From: a virus
Lineage: Duplodnaviria; Caudoviricetes
Reading direction: 5' to 3' (one strand)
IMG/VR virus record: IMGVR_UViG_3300005253_000613
Span: 1 to 60,685 of that record
Length of the DNA stretch: 60,685 bases
A program made the translations under genes and the position numbers. The notes under the pieces were generated by a model. The model did not search any database, was not told where the DNA came from, and worked only from the letters and a program-made list of their open reading frames with translations. The number at the start of each line of letters is the position of its first letter. Position 1 is the first letter of the stretch. Positions 51,662-60,685 of the stretch are shown piece after piece.

Positions 51662-52470
51662 TGGGTTCTACATTTAAAGAAATATATGGTGATTATCAGG
51701 ATTCTATTAAGAATTATGTGGAAAAACTCGATGTGACCCCGCTCTCATTTATGAGACAATATACAAAAGGTATGCAGGTATTCCAGAGGGAAACAGAGTA
51801 TTTCGAGAAAACGACTGTGGTCCAGAGGGACACAACTACTTCAAATTTCTTAGTACCGGATGATTTTGACAGGTTAATCGAGGCAAAGGATTATGACGGT
51901 AAGACACTGTTATATGTGGATTATATTCAATTCACAAGAATAGCGGAGAAATTCGACAACGGGCTTCTTGAAACTCCGGTTGATTACAGCACAAGGCTTA
52001 TAAACACATTCTTATATGGCAATTTAAGTTATCTTTATCAATATTCCGGCAATAATAGGTACGGTTTATTAAGCAGTGGTACTGACACTTTGACTAAGAT
52101 AATAACTATGTACAACAGGGTATTCTATATAAATAATGACGATACGACTAACAATACGGAAATAACAATTAATTACATACCCATACTTGAGCCAATATCC
52201 GGTTCGAGTTCTCAATGGACTAATTGGCAGCCATTGAACGGTGTGAATTTCAACACTGCTTTTGCTAATTTTAGATTATCGCCTGAAATCATCAATTACG
52301 AGGATACATTTTTAAATTATGCCATAAGCAGGTTTTTACGATCTCAGGGCAGTGTTAATTACAAAGTATATGAGCAGGAATTTTGGGCAGACGTTAAACG
52401 AGCGATAGCAAATAAACCAGTTAAATTCAGGGAGGGTGTCAGGTCATATAATATGGCACCTTTTAGTTAA
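51661..52470 (+). CDS. Adaptor/ring protein 5
   Basis: TF.EI, VPDDF, YED..LNYA. Confidence 0.55.
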   Translation: MGSTFKEIYGDYQDSIKNYVEKLDVTPLSFMRQYTKGMQVFQRETEYFEKTTVVQRDTTTSNFLVPDDFDRLIEAKDYDGKTLLYVDYIQFTRIAEKFDNGLLETPVDYSTRLINTFLYGNLSYLYQYSGNNRYGLLSSGTDTLTKIITMYNRVFYINNDDTTNNTEITINYIPILEPISGSSSQWTNWQPLNGVNFNTAFANFRLSPEIINYEDTFLNYAISRFLRSQGSVNYKVYEQEFWADVKRAIANKPVKFREGVRSYNMAPFS

Positions 52471-52472
52471 TT

Positions 52473-55400
52473 ATGTACGCAAAAACATCAACGACTAAAT
52501 TCAAGGGATTGAATTCAACAGTAGCACCGGAACTAATAGATGATGGTGAGGCAAGGGATTTGCTTAATTTCCGTATGGAGAAGATAGGTAAATTAGTCAC
52601 ACGTGACAGATATATTGTAGGATTGAAAACTGACCCTGATCTATTTTCAATACTTGTGACACGCCCTACGCCTGCGACTGAGCAAGCTATGTCATATTTA
52701 GTTGGCAGTGGCATAATTGGGTTAGGGGAACTAATATTAGAGGAGAAATGGGAGGACGAACTTGATACCGGAGGCAACACGGTTAAGTACGGTTGGGATA
52801 CAGACAGAGTGATGGTTTATTTTATAAGAGGGAGAGAATTTACCCAAGAAGAGCGAGATGGTGTTATTGTCCCGATTGATTCCGATAAAAGAAACAGGGG
52901 CATATATTTATTTTCACCTATGACAGGAAGATACCGCAATAAATTAATAATCAATCAAAATATAGAAGTCCCCTTAACAACCCCCCATGTGGAGGTCGGC
53001 GATAAAAGAGACGCTATCCCACAAGGCTCAAACGAGAATGAGACACAACTCTACGCACCCAACAGGTATATTCCGGTCAAAGACGACCCTGATGATGCCT
53101 CAGCACGTTCTAATGACGCTCCCTGGATAGATCATTATGTCGATATGTCGCAATACAGGCATCAGTTGATTATATCCGACAGGACGAATGGGGATTTATT
53201 GTTAGAAGATGAATTCGGTAGAAGGGAGATACAGCAGTGCGATGAGGAGCAGATTCACGGTCTGCACTTACGGCCTAATACTTTACATAAATTTGATATA
53301 GACGCAATAGAACTTGATGACAGATTAACAGATGAAAATGACGAAACGGAAGGTGTGGAAAGTGGGATGGCGTTGTATCAGTTCGAATTGCCTAAGATAG
53401 TGCAGAAGATTTCTGAGGATAATTATAAAGAAGTATTTGAAAGTTTGGTTGATGAAACAGAGATTGACAGTGAGCTACAAAAAAGAGGGGCATTAATAAA
53501 ATTGTATAATTGGCAGAATGTGCCAAGTTCAAGCCAGGCCTATATCAATTTATATAGCTATGCACAATTAGAGACGCAAGAAGCATACGTATTTTCTAAC
53601 GCAGAGGGTAGGGAAATTGTGCCTCATTTGGAGGGCAAGCCTAAATTGCCAGAGGATGAGTTCTCTGATGAAGACGGACAAATAAGAAAAGAAACATCGG
53701 CGAATACCTATATTTGGGACGACTATAAACTCCAATACTACCCATCGTCTGGCGGAACTCAAGGGGCCATATATTTACGAGATATAGATCGTATTTTTTC
53801 TAAGCTATCATCTGGCCCGTCAATTACTAAGTTAAATCCAAAGACAGGCCCCGCCCAAGATGTACCACTTGGTGTATGGAGGTATAAATATGTATGGGAT
53901 TTCGGTGATGGAGTTTATTCTGCTCCGTCCGCTGAACTATTATGTCCTGACATATTATGGTCGGCGACTAATGATACTGATTTGTTAGATGGAGAGACAC
54001 CTTATGAAAGAGGCAGGTTATATAAAGGCGATGAATTCTTAGATCAGCATTTCCCCAAACAGCATCCTTACAATGATTCGGATATAGTATCCGATACATT
54101 AATAATACCACGCATTTTCGACGATACCTTACCTTCCCCACAATTAACTAACTTTGGTGGGCTATTCTTTGATTTAAAAGCTAAGGTATATGAAGGGTTG
54201 AATCATAGGTTCGGCATTAAAAACTGGTCAGTTATTGCTGATGTAAACGCTGCGACGAATATAGAGAAAGGTGAGTTCGCTACTATGGTTACGGTGTTTT
54301 ATTCTGCGAGTAGCGTAGATTTAAAAGGGGTAATATGGCAAGGCTTCGCATTATCAGGTAATATATTTAGCAGCTCAGGGCCTTCTGTGTTGAGTGATTG
54401 GAGAAACGTCATAGATTTGAAAGAGGGAAATGCACCACCTTATTTTAGGCATGAAGGTAGATTAATTGTTCCTATCTTTGGGAAAAAAATAGGTGATTTT
54501 GATGTAAGGACTTTAAATTCATTATTTGATAATTATGGTAGATTAAGACTTGGGTGGGCGGAGACAACGCCATTTGTATCGGGGAACCCTAATTCTTCTC
54601 CTCGTCACATGTTTGTTGCACCAGGGATAAATCAATCATTTGATAAAGATGGATGGACGACTAATCCGACACTTATTCATCAGGCTCTGACGATAGTATT
54701 AAGTTTGTACTCCAGTGGGTTCGCTGATTCAAATTTATATTACAACATAGTCTGTCAAAGCCCAAGTGGCTCGACTATCGACCCTGGGGACTGGAATAAT
54801 TCAGAAGATCATGTTTACAACGGTGTCAATTTAAACTTATTAAGGCCCAATACTATATTAAGGGCTGTCCAAGACGAGGGCGATAGGTTGAGCGTCACAT
54901 CGTCTGATATACCCGTTCAGGTATTAGATAGGTTGATATTGTCTGGTGTAAGTGAAATTCATGTAGTGGATACAAAAGATTCGAACCATAACATTTTCTT
55001 TGCTTCGGAAAAAGACGAAACCGGTTTTCCTGTAATCGATTATGATGATGCCCGCTATAGTTCCGGTCTTGAAATAAGCAATACAACCGGCGTGCAACAA
55101 GCAGCCAATAACCCCGTTGTGGGCACTAATGTAATCGATAATGTAGATATTTATGTTTACGGTGAAGGTGAGAGATTTATGGGTGTTGAGCAATTATCTG
55201 CTTATTTCCCTTCTTCACTATTGTTTAACGCACCACGAATAGCAATTAAGATACCGAAAGATAAAGTACCCGCACGAGCGAGGAAATTATTAATCTACCG
55301 CACAAGGGCTTCTCATAACAATCAATACCAGCCGAATGAATATGGCTTAGTCGATGTAATCGATGTCAAGAGAAATGATGCAGGTGAAGCTACTTATGAA

Positions 55401-57344
55401 GATAATGATGGTGATGTACTATATGAGGGCTTTTATTATTTCGATAAAGTTAAAGATTCCTTATTGGATTTTAGTTCAACACCGACTGAATACGAAGGGC
55501 TCAGGGACGCTTTGAAATCAAGATTCAACATGGCATTAAATGAAAGGATGTATTATGCTAATTTCATAGAAACCTATCGCCCTATTAATCCACGTTCTAT
55601 GTTCGAATATGCAGATTCGATTAACAATACTTATTATTTGGAACTGCCGTCGGAGACATCACAAGGATTCTCGGCAGGAGATATTATAGATTATAAATAT
55701 GTTTATGAAGATGTGAGCGGGATTATTTCAAAGCCGGCTACATCATTGCCAATTACTATCGCAGGTGCTTCCAATAGGGCAGTTGTACTTTACTTCATTC
55801 CCGCTACATTCGAGACTTACATCGAAAGGGTGAAGATATACAGGGCGGAGGGAACTAACGCAGATAGAAAGTATTATTTCATCGGCGAGATAACAGCTGA
55901 AGATGAGGGTGTATTTGTTGATGATAAGATAAACCCGGGGGATCAATTACCATGTACGGATGCGGATATTATCAATACCGAAAGCGGGGTTAGATGGAGT
56001 GAGCCGTTCCGTCCCGATCATATTAAATTAACAAGTTTAGCAGAGTACAGGTCAGGTGATGGTCTCCAAATAACAGGTCTTGAGACTTTGTATGGTAATC
56101 TCGTCATATTCAAAGAGACATCTTTTCACAGGGTAGCAGTACAAGCAACAGACCCGCCGCTTTCACGTACCGATGAAATTGATTCAAGAGTTGGCTGTAT
56201 AGCACCTAATACCTTAATTAATGTAGATAATATGCTTTATTTTCTCTCTTGGAAGGGATTTATGAAGTATGATAATAATGTGTTGTCTAAGGTAGACGGA
56301 TTATTCGATGAAGAACTGCAATTTATTCTGCAAAATGCTTCTCATGAATCAATCAGAGACGCATCTTGTGGCTATAATCCTTCTTATAATGAAATATATT
56401 TAAATATTCCCATGCTTCCGACAACTAATAATAACGGCAGGCAGGACGTTAAAGGGCATGGTGATATGTATGGTTATGAACGTGAATTATACGGTCATAT
56501 ATACGTAATATGTTTGAGCAAGGGTTACGCTACGAAATTTGCTTATCAGACCTCCCCGAATACTTCTTTATTGGGAACACCGCCTATTAAATATTATAAG
56601 GATGTTTATGATGTCAGACAGTTGGGGAGGCATTATCATACAAATTCTTTAGGTGAACTTAGAAGTGGTGATATATTGCCGGCCCGGTATTATTCAGATT
56701 ATGTAAGTCCTGCGAATAGTCTGTCAGATGATACCTTTTGGGCTGGCATTTACATTGAAACACCTTATGACCCATTGAATGGTCTTGCGGCTTATGAGGA
56801 TTACGATGAAATAATGGACGGCAATTTCGATCAGAGCTTTCTTAACGGTGAACCCGTGTTCAATTTCGGGACAACTAATTTTCCACCTACTTTATTGCTG
56901 CCTGTTATTAGCGGGTTTAAAAGCAAGTTCTTTACAGGCAATGCAGAGACGATGATGAAAAGAGTGAGGAAGGCATTACTGAATATATTCAGTAAAGGCC
57001 CGATTAAAATGAAAGGGGTTACTTTACACATAGATCAGGAAGACGACGTAATAGAAGCTACATTAGGCGATGATAGGATAAGTAATTCGGAATACACACA
57101 GGAATTCGATTATAACCCGACGGTTAAATTAACAGATTATATATTGACAAATACTACGTTCAATGGTACTTTTAGCAATATATTATCGTTTGTGCCACGT
57201 TCCCCTCGAGATGATTTTAACAATGTAAATGATGACGCTCCGGGCAAGCCTATCCGGTTTTCTATTGAAGTGGAATCACAATTACGAACACAAATAAATG
57301 AAGTAGCTATACATTGGAGACCGATTTATACATATTTGTCCTAA
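52473..57344 (+). CDS. Large tail nozzle/stabilisation-type protein
   Basis: FKGLNS...A.DL.NF N-terminus; VRWSE, ITGL...LVIFKE, VGCIAP.T...YFLS.KG propeller-like C-terminus; 1623 aa. Confidence 0.7.
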   Translation: MYAKTSTTKFKGLNSTVAPELIDDGEARDLLNFRMEKIGKLVTRDRYIVGLKTDPDLFSILVTRPTPATEQAMSYLVGSGIIGLGELILEEKWEDELDTGGNTVKYGWDTDRVMVYFIRGREFTQEERDGVIVPIDSDKRNRGIYLFSPMTGRYRNKLIINQNIEVPLTTPHVEVGDKRDAIPQGSNENETQLYAPNRYIPVKDDPDDASARSNDAPWIDHYVDMSQYRHQLIISDRTNGDLLLEDEFGRREIQQCDEEQIHGLHLRPNTLHKFDIDAIELDDRLTDENDETEGVESGMALYQFELPKIVQKISEDNYKEVFESLVDETEIDSELQKRGALIKLYNWQNVPSSSQAYINLYSYAQLETQEAYVFSNAEGREIVPHLEGKPKLPEDEFSDEDGQIRKETSANTYIWDDYKLQYYPSSGGTQGAIYLRDIDRIFSKLSSGPSITKLNPKTGPAQDVPLGVWRYKYVWDFGDGVYSAPSAELLCPDILWSATNDTDLLDGETPYERGRLYKGDEFLDQHFPKQHPYNDSDIVSDTLIIPRIFDDTLPSPQLTNFGGLFFDLKAKVYEGLNHRFGIKNWSVIADVNAATNIEKGEFATMVTVFYSASSVDLKGVIWQGFALSGNIFSSSGPSVLSDWRNVIDLKEGNAPPYFRHEGRLIVPIFGKKIGDFDVRTLNSLFDNYGRLRLGWAETTPFVSGNPNSSPRHMFVAPGINQSFDKDGWTTNPTLIHQALTIVLSLYSSGFADSNLYYNIVCQSPSGSTIDPGDWNNSEDHVYNGVNLNLLRPNTILRAVQDEGDRLSVTSSDIPVQVLDRLILSGVSEIHVVDTKDSNHNIFFASEKDETGFPVIDYDDARYSSGLEISNTTGVQQAANNPVVGTNVIDNVDIYVYGEGERFMGVEQLSAYFPSSLLFNAPRIAIKIPKDKVPARARKLLIYRTRASHNNQYQPNEYGLVDVIDVKRNDAGEATYEDNDGDVLYEGFYYFDKVKDSLLDFSSTPTEYEGLRDALKSRFNMALNERMYYANFIETYRPINPRSMFEYADSINNTYYLELPSETSQGFSAGDIIDYKYVYEDVSGIISKPATSLPITIAGASNRAVVLYFIPATFETYIERVKIYRAEGTNADRKYYFIGEITAEDEGVFVDDKINPGDQLPCTDADIINTESGVRWSEPFRPDHIKLTSLAEYRSGDGLQITGLETLYGNLVIFKETSFHRVAVQATDPPLSRTDEIDSRVGCIAPNTLINVDNMLYFLSWKGFMKYDNNVLSKVDGLFDEELQFILQNASHESIRDASCGYNPSYNEIYLNIPMLPTTNNNGRQDVKGHGDMYGYERELYGHIYVICLSKGYATKFAYQTSPNTSLLGTPPIKYYKDVYDVRQLGRHYHTNSLGELRSGDILPARYYSDYVSPANSLSDDTFWAGIYIETPYDPLNGLAAYEDYDEIMDGNFDQSFLNGEPVFNFGTTNFPPTLLLPVISGFKSKFFTGNAETMMKRVRKALLNIFSKGPIKMKGVTLHIDQEDDVIEATLGDDRISNSEYTQEFDYNPTVKLTDYILTNTTFNGTFSNILSFVPRSPRDDFNNVNDDAPGKPIRFSIEVESQLRTQINEVAIHWRPIYTYLS

Positions 57345-57356
57345 ATATTTAGTATA

Positions 57357-59852
57357 TTGCTAACCAGGAGTAGAATGATGAGAAATGAAAAAATAAATGT
57401 TTTAACAGTAAACGAAGTCAACATTGCGTCCGTATTGCGAATGCCATATTTGGCTCCTACCCCAGGTATATTGTCAATCGGTAGTGATGGTCTGGTAGTT
57501 GTAAGCGGGGCATCCGGGTCAGAAGTAACGGCTGCGGCAGTCTTAGCGGACAATGCTATTGTAAGGGGAGATGGTGGTGTTAGGGGAATCCAGGATAGTT
57601 TGCCGACGATAAGTGACACTGGTGATTTAATCATTCCCGATGGTGGAGAATTACAATTAGGAACAGGATTAGATGGCCGTATTTATTCTTTAAATGATGA
57701 TTTAATAATTAAAAATCAGACTCAGGATAAGGATATAATATTCAATGTTAATGACGGTAGTGTTGATACAACTCTTATGACGTTGAATGCCTCTGATATT
57801 AATGTTGGTATTGGGAAAGCACCGGAGGTTAATTATGCACTTGATGTATTTACTAACTTTAAAAGAGCTGGTAGTACCGTTGCCATAAAAGCAGAAGTAG
57901 ATTATGAAAATGATGCTGATGTAACAGCACAATCTTATGGCATTATAAGTTTAGTAAGATATAGAGGCACTGCTTCCAGTACTGAAAGTAAAGGTCAGCG
58001 AGCAATGGATAGTTCTATGTTTTCTTATAATACCGGAACAACAAACCGAATAGCAGGATATAGACTTGATCTACGCAACTTGGGTCCTGGAACAGTGACT
58101 AATGCAACAGGGCTTTTTATAGAGAATTACACAAATACCGGTGGTGGTACAATTGATAATGCGCAAGGATTATTAATTGAAAATCATAATGTAGCAACTA
58201 ATAATTATGCAGCTCGTCTTGAATTGAACACAGGAGGAAATAATGCTTGGAATGTTTATGCTTCAGGCACTGCACCTAATTATTTTAAAGGCAATGTTGG
58301 TGTTAATGTAGTTGACCCTGATGTTGCATTAGAAGTATTAGGAAGCACAGGTGTTAAAATCAGTTTTAATGCTACAGATAACACAACTATAGTAACGGAT
58401 ACAAACGGTTATTTGACAATTACACCGAGTGGTAGTCGTGTAATCGTGGCCGGTGATATAGAGATTGGCTCTGCTGATGGATTTTATTATGGCGATCCGG
58501 TAACTGATACAAGTTGGAGAGAGATCCGAAGTGGAACAAAATTATCTTTCCAACGTCGTGAATCTTCGGCATGGGTGGAAAAGGGATTTTTCGATACAGC
58601 TTCATTTCATAGTGATGCTTTTCATGCCGAGGCTGATGCGGGTATTGCGGGTTCATATTGCTGGCATCCTGGAACTACACCTGAAGCCAATCCAGATGGG
58701 CCGAGGCTGTGGATAGATGGGAGTGGTGATTTATATTTGCTGGAACAGAATGCTTCTCCCACTACAAGGGTGCAAAATAAGATAGTCAGAACGGATGCGA
58801 ATGGAAAGGTATCGTTTGGGATAAGTTCTCCAAGTTCTGCATTACATATTAAAGCAGGCACTCCGGGGGCAGTCGGCTCACACCCCGCAGGACAAGTAAT
58901 TATTCAAAATCCGGCTGATGATGTAACCGCCAATGTAGCAATTACTGCTTATGAATCAGATGTCAGTGGTGATCCCGACCAACAACTCTGGTATCTTGGA
59001 AGCTCAACGGGTAGCAATTCAGATATTACTTTCCTAAACCGAAGAGATGCTGCACTTACGCTGGGAACAAACGACAACGTCCGTATAACAATTTTAGGTA
59101 ACGGTAATGTAGGAATTGGAACTGTACCTGATAATACTTTTCATGTTTACAGTACTTCTGCAAACGTAATAAAAGCTGAAAGAAGTTCATCTACAGTAGA
59201 TACAGTATTAAGAGTTCTTGAATTACATAGGAGAACAACAGGGACAGCCGCAAGTGGGATAGGTGCAGAAATGGCATTCCGAGTTGAGGATGGAGGAGGA
59301 GGCCTTGAAACTGTTGCAGTAATACAAGGTATTTTAACGGATGTAAGTGAAACAAGTGAGGAAGGAACACTATGTTTTGAAGTCGTTTCTGATTCAGAAC
59401 TTATAGAAGCACTGAGAATTCAAGGTGTATCTGGAGGTTCTGCTAAGATAATGGCAAACTGTTCTATAAATGCAAAAGATGGCTTTGCGACTGAACTATG
59501 GGATGTGGCAGGCAGTAATTTTGAAACCGCTGTGGTGAATACAGAATACTATTCGTCTAATCAACACGGTGGAATATATGGAACTATTTATAGGCAATAC
59601 TTTAATACAGTTTTAACCTCAACCAATCCACGACTTGATACTGGGAGTCGTGTTACAAAAATGGTGGATTTTGTCCTTCATACTAAATATACAGGGAATG
59701 ACCGTGGTCTGGCTCACGGTAATATGACCGCTTATGGAAGTAGTGATGATCACGCCTATATTATGTTAAGCGGGGCATCTGGCGGTGGAAATTTGTCTTT
59801 CTCTCTTACTGGTTATTCAATAATTACTGGCTGGGTTGATTACACGAAATAG
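57357..59852 (+). CDS. Tail fibre / receptor-binding protein
   Basis: DNAIVR.DG, repeated GNVGIG...P...L.V fibre units. Confidence 0.75.
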   Translation: MLTRSRMMRNEKINVLTVNEVNIASVLRMPYLAPTPGILSIGSDGLVVVSGASGSEVTAAAVLADNAIVRGDGGVRGIQDSLPTISDTGDLIIPDGGELQLGTGLDGRIYSLNDDLIIKNQTQDKDIIFNVNDGSVDTTLMTLNASDINVGIGKAPEVNYALDVFTNFKRAGSTVAIKAEVDYENDADVTAQSYGIISLVRYRGTASSTESKGQRAMDSSMFSYNTGTTNRIAGYRLDLRNLGPGTVTNATGLFIENYTNTGGGTIDNAQGLLIENHNVATNNYAARLELNTGGNNAWNVYASGTAPNYFKGNVGVNVVDPDVALEVLGSTGVKISFNATDNTTIVTDTNGYLTITPSGSRVIVAGDIEIGSADGFYYGDPVTDTSWREIRSGTKLSFQRRESSAWVEKGFFDTASFHSDAFHAEADAGIAGSYCWHPGTTPEANPDGPRLWIDGSGDLYLLEQNASPTTRVQNKIVRTDANGKVSFGISSPSSALHIKAGTPGAVGSHPAGQVIIQNPADDVTANVAITAYESDVSGDPDQQLWYLGSSTGSNSDITFLNRRDAALTLGTNDNVRITILGNGNVGIGTVPDNTFHVYSTSANVIKAERSSSTVDTVLRVLELHRRTTGTAASGIGAEMAFRVEDGGGGLETVAVIQGILTDVSETSEEGTLCFEVVSDSELIEALRIQGVSGGSAKIMANCSINAKDGFATELWDVAGSNFETAVVNTEYYSSNQHGGIYGTIYRQYFNTVLTSTNPRLDTGSRVTKMVDFVLHTKYTGNDRGLAHGNMTAYGSSDDHAYIMLSGASGGGNLSFSLTGYSIITGWVDYTK

Positions 59853-59905
59853 AGATATAAAAATATTTTTAAATTAAGAGAAAAATTGTCTTTATAGGAG
59901 ATATT

Positions 59906-60187
59906 ATGAGTTTCACACAAAACAGAGAAAACAGCAAAGGGCATACGAATACTTTGCATGAAGTAACGACAGTATATGCAAACCAAGATGAGGATATTAT
60001 CAAAACTGTCATTACCTCGTATAAAGATCAAGCAAGTAAAGATGCTGGTTTGCACCATGAACGAATACAGGTAGGGATTCCTTTATCGACAGCCCCTCAG
60101 AGTATAGTTGATCCTGCAATAGCTTTCAAAACGGCAATGGAAACGGCGGTACAGGCTGTCGTTGACTGGGACACTATCAAAATGTAA
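59906..60187 (+). CDS. Hypothetical protein (possible fibre chaperone)
   Basis: AGGAG RBS, position after fibre. Confidence 0.5.
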   Translation: MSFTQNRENSKGHTNTLHEVTTVYANQDEDIIKTVITSYKDQASKDAGLHHERIQVGIPLSTAPQSIVDPAIAFKTAMETAVQAVVDWDTIKM

Positions 60188-60220
60188 TTGTTGAATTAAT
60201 ACTAACAGCAGGAGTTTATA

Positions 60221-60685
60221 ATGGCGGAAAAAAGAAAAGAGAAAAAACTAACGAACAATGATTTATACAGCGTTCTACAGGGGATACGTAATATAAATGA
60301 TTACAATAACAACCCCGATATTAAACCGGAAATGAAGCTATACGGTAAGAAGTTTTCTTATGCTTTAGCCAAAAATCAGAAAGAGCTCGAAAATGAAGGC
60401 CTTTATTTAGAGACAATACTAAAGCATTCCGATAAATATAGTGAATATGATAAGAAACGAATGGAATTGCGTAAAAAGCACGCAAAAAAAGACAAGAATG
60501 GTACGGAATTGATAATGAATAATATGTTCGTGCTAGAGAATCAAAAGAAATATGACAAGGAAGCCGAGGATTTGCAAACAGAATATAAAGATGAAATAGA
60601 AACGCATGAAAAGCATATAGAGAAATTCAATGAATCCTTGCTTGACGAAGCTGACTTCAAATTCCATTTACTTGAAGAAAAACAT
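60221..60685 (+). CDS. Hypothetical protein, 3'-truncated
   Basis: AGGAG RBS, MAEKRKEK...FSYALAKN; open to window end. Confidence 0.6.
   Translation, partial: MAEKRKEKKLTNNDLYSVLQGIRNINDYNNNPDIKPEMKLYGKKFSYALAKNQKELENEGLYLETILKHSDKYSEYDKKRMELRKKHAKKDKNGTELIMNNMFVLENQKKYDKEAEDLQTEYKDEIETHEKHIEKFNESLLDEADFKFHLLEEKH

Larger units (their letters stand above)
1..60685. mobile_element. Tailed dsDNA phage genome fragment (podovirus-like, possibly temperate)
   Basis: TerL-portal-scaffold-capsid-tail synteny, dense small ORFs, tyrosine recombinase, no host housekeeping genes, no tape measure or sheath seen. Confidence 0.95.

Noticed and set aside
41083-57344. Inteins or introns in terminase and virion genes
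   Set aside because: Sizes plausible, frames continuous, no intein or homing-endonuclease motifs noticed
45822-57344. Firm assignment to crAss-like phages
   Set aside because: Multi-ring tail is suggestive, but no polymerase/primase or giant RNA polymerase is visible, and strong AGGAG RBSs and TTGACA-type promoters do not suggest a typical Bacteroidota host; needs phylogeny
42042-58861. Many short minus-strand ORFs in the virion module
   Set aside because: Antisense shadows of long plus-strand genes with no recognisable motifs
1-60685. Stop-codon reassignment
   Set aside because: Long genes are intact in the standard code, TAA/TAG/TGA all end genes, and no suppressor tRNA is seen

Overview
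AT-rich fragment of a tailed dsDNA bacteriophage genome (podovirus-like), standard genetic code, cut inside genes at both ends. Layout: end of a large ORF (<2-1273); leftward early operon with tyrosine recombinase, SAM methyltransferase and HAD phosphatase (2.5-8.4 kb); long rightward early/replication operon (8.6-27.2 kb) with HNH, GH24 lysozyme, C5-MTase, DUF4373-type initiator, SSAP, a structured-RNA cluster with tRNA-Lys, VRR-NUC, DUF5131, YopX and a sugar acetyltransferase; leftward island of small genes (27.3-31.6 kb); a non-coding control region and decayed genes (31.6-33.6 kb); a middle operon (Mor-like, DUF6745-like, GT2, GroES) interleaved with short MK[IV][IL]...KR[RK]L ORFs; and a virion module (TerL, portal, scaffold, capsid, five paralogous adaptor/ring proteins, 1623-aa nozzle-like protein, fibre). 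Best candidates for novelty: (1) an array of five tRNA-framed RNAs with large insertions, two with a hairpin inside the T-loop, punctuated by boxA-like motifs (18.4-19.9 kb); (2) a perfect 89-bp inverted repeat bracketing a 10-kb segment with the recombinase and divergent promoters; (3) a dispersed family of small proteins with fixed termini and unrelated cores. All family assignments come from motif recognition by eye; no database search or folding program was run.
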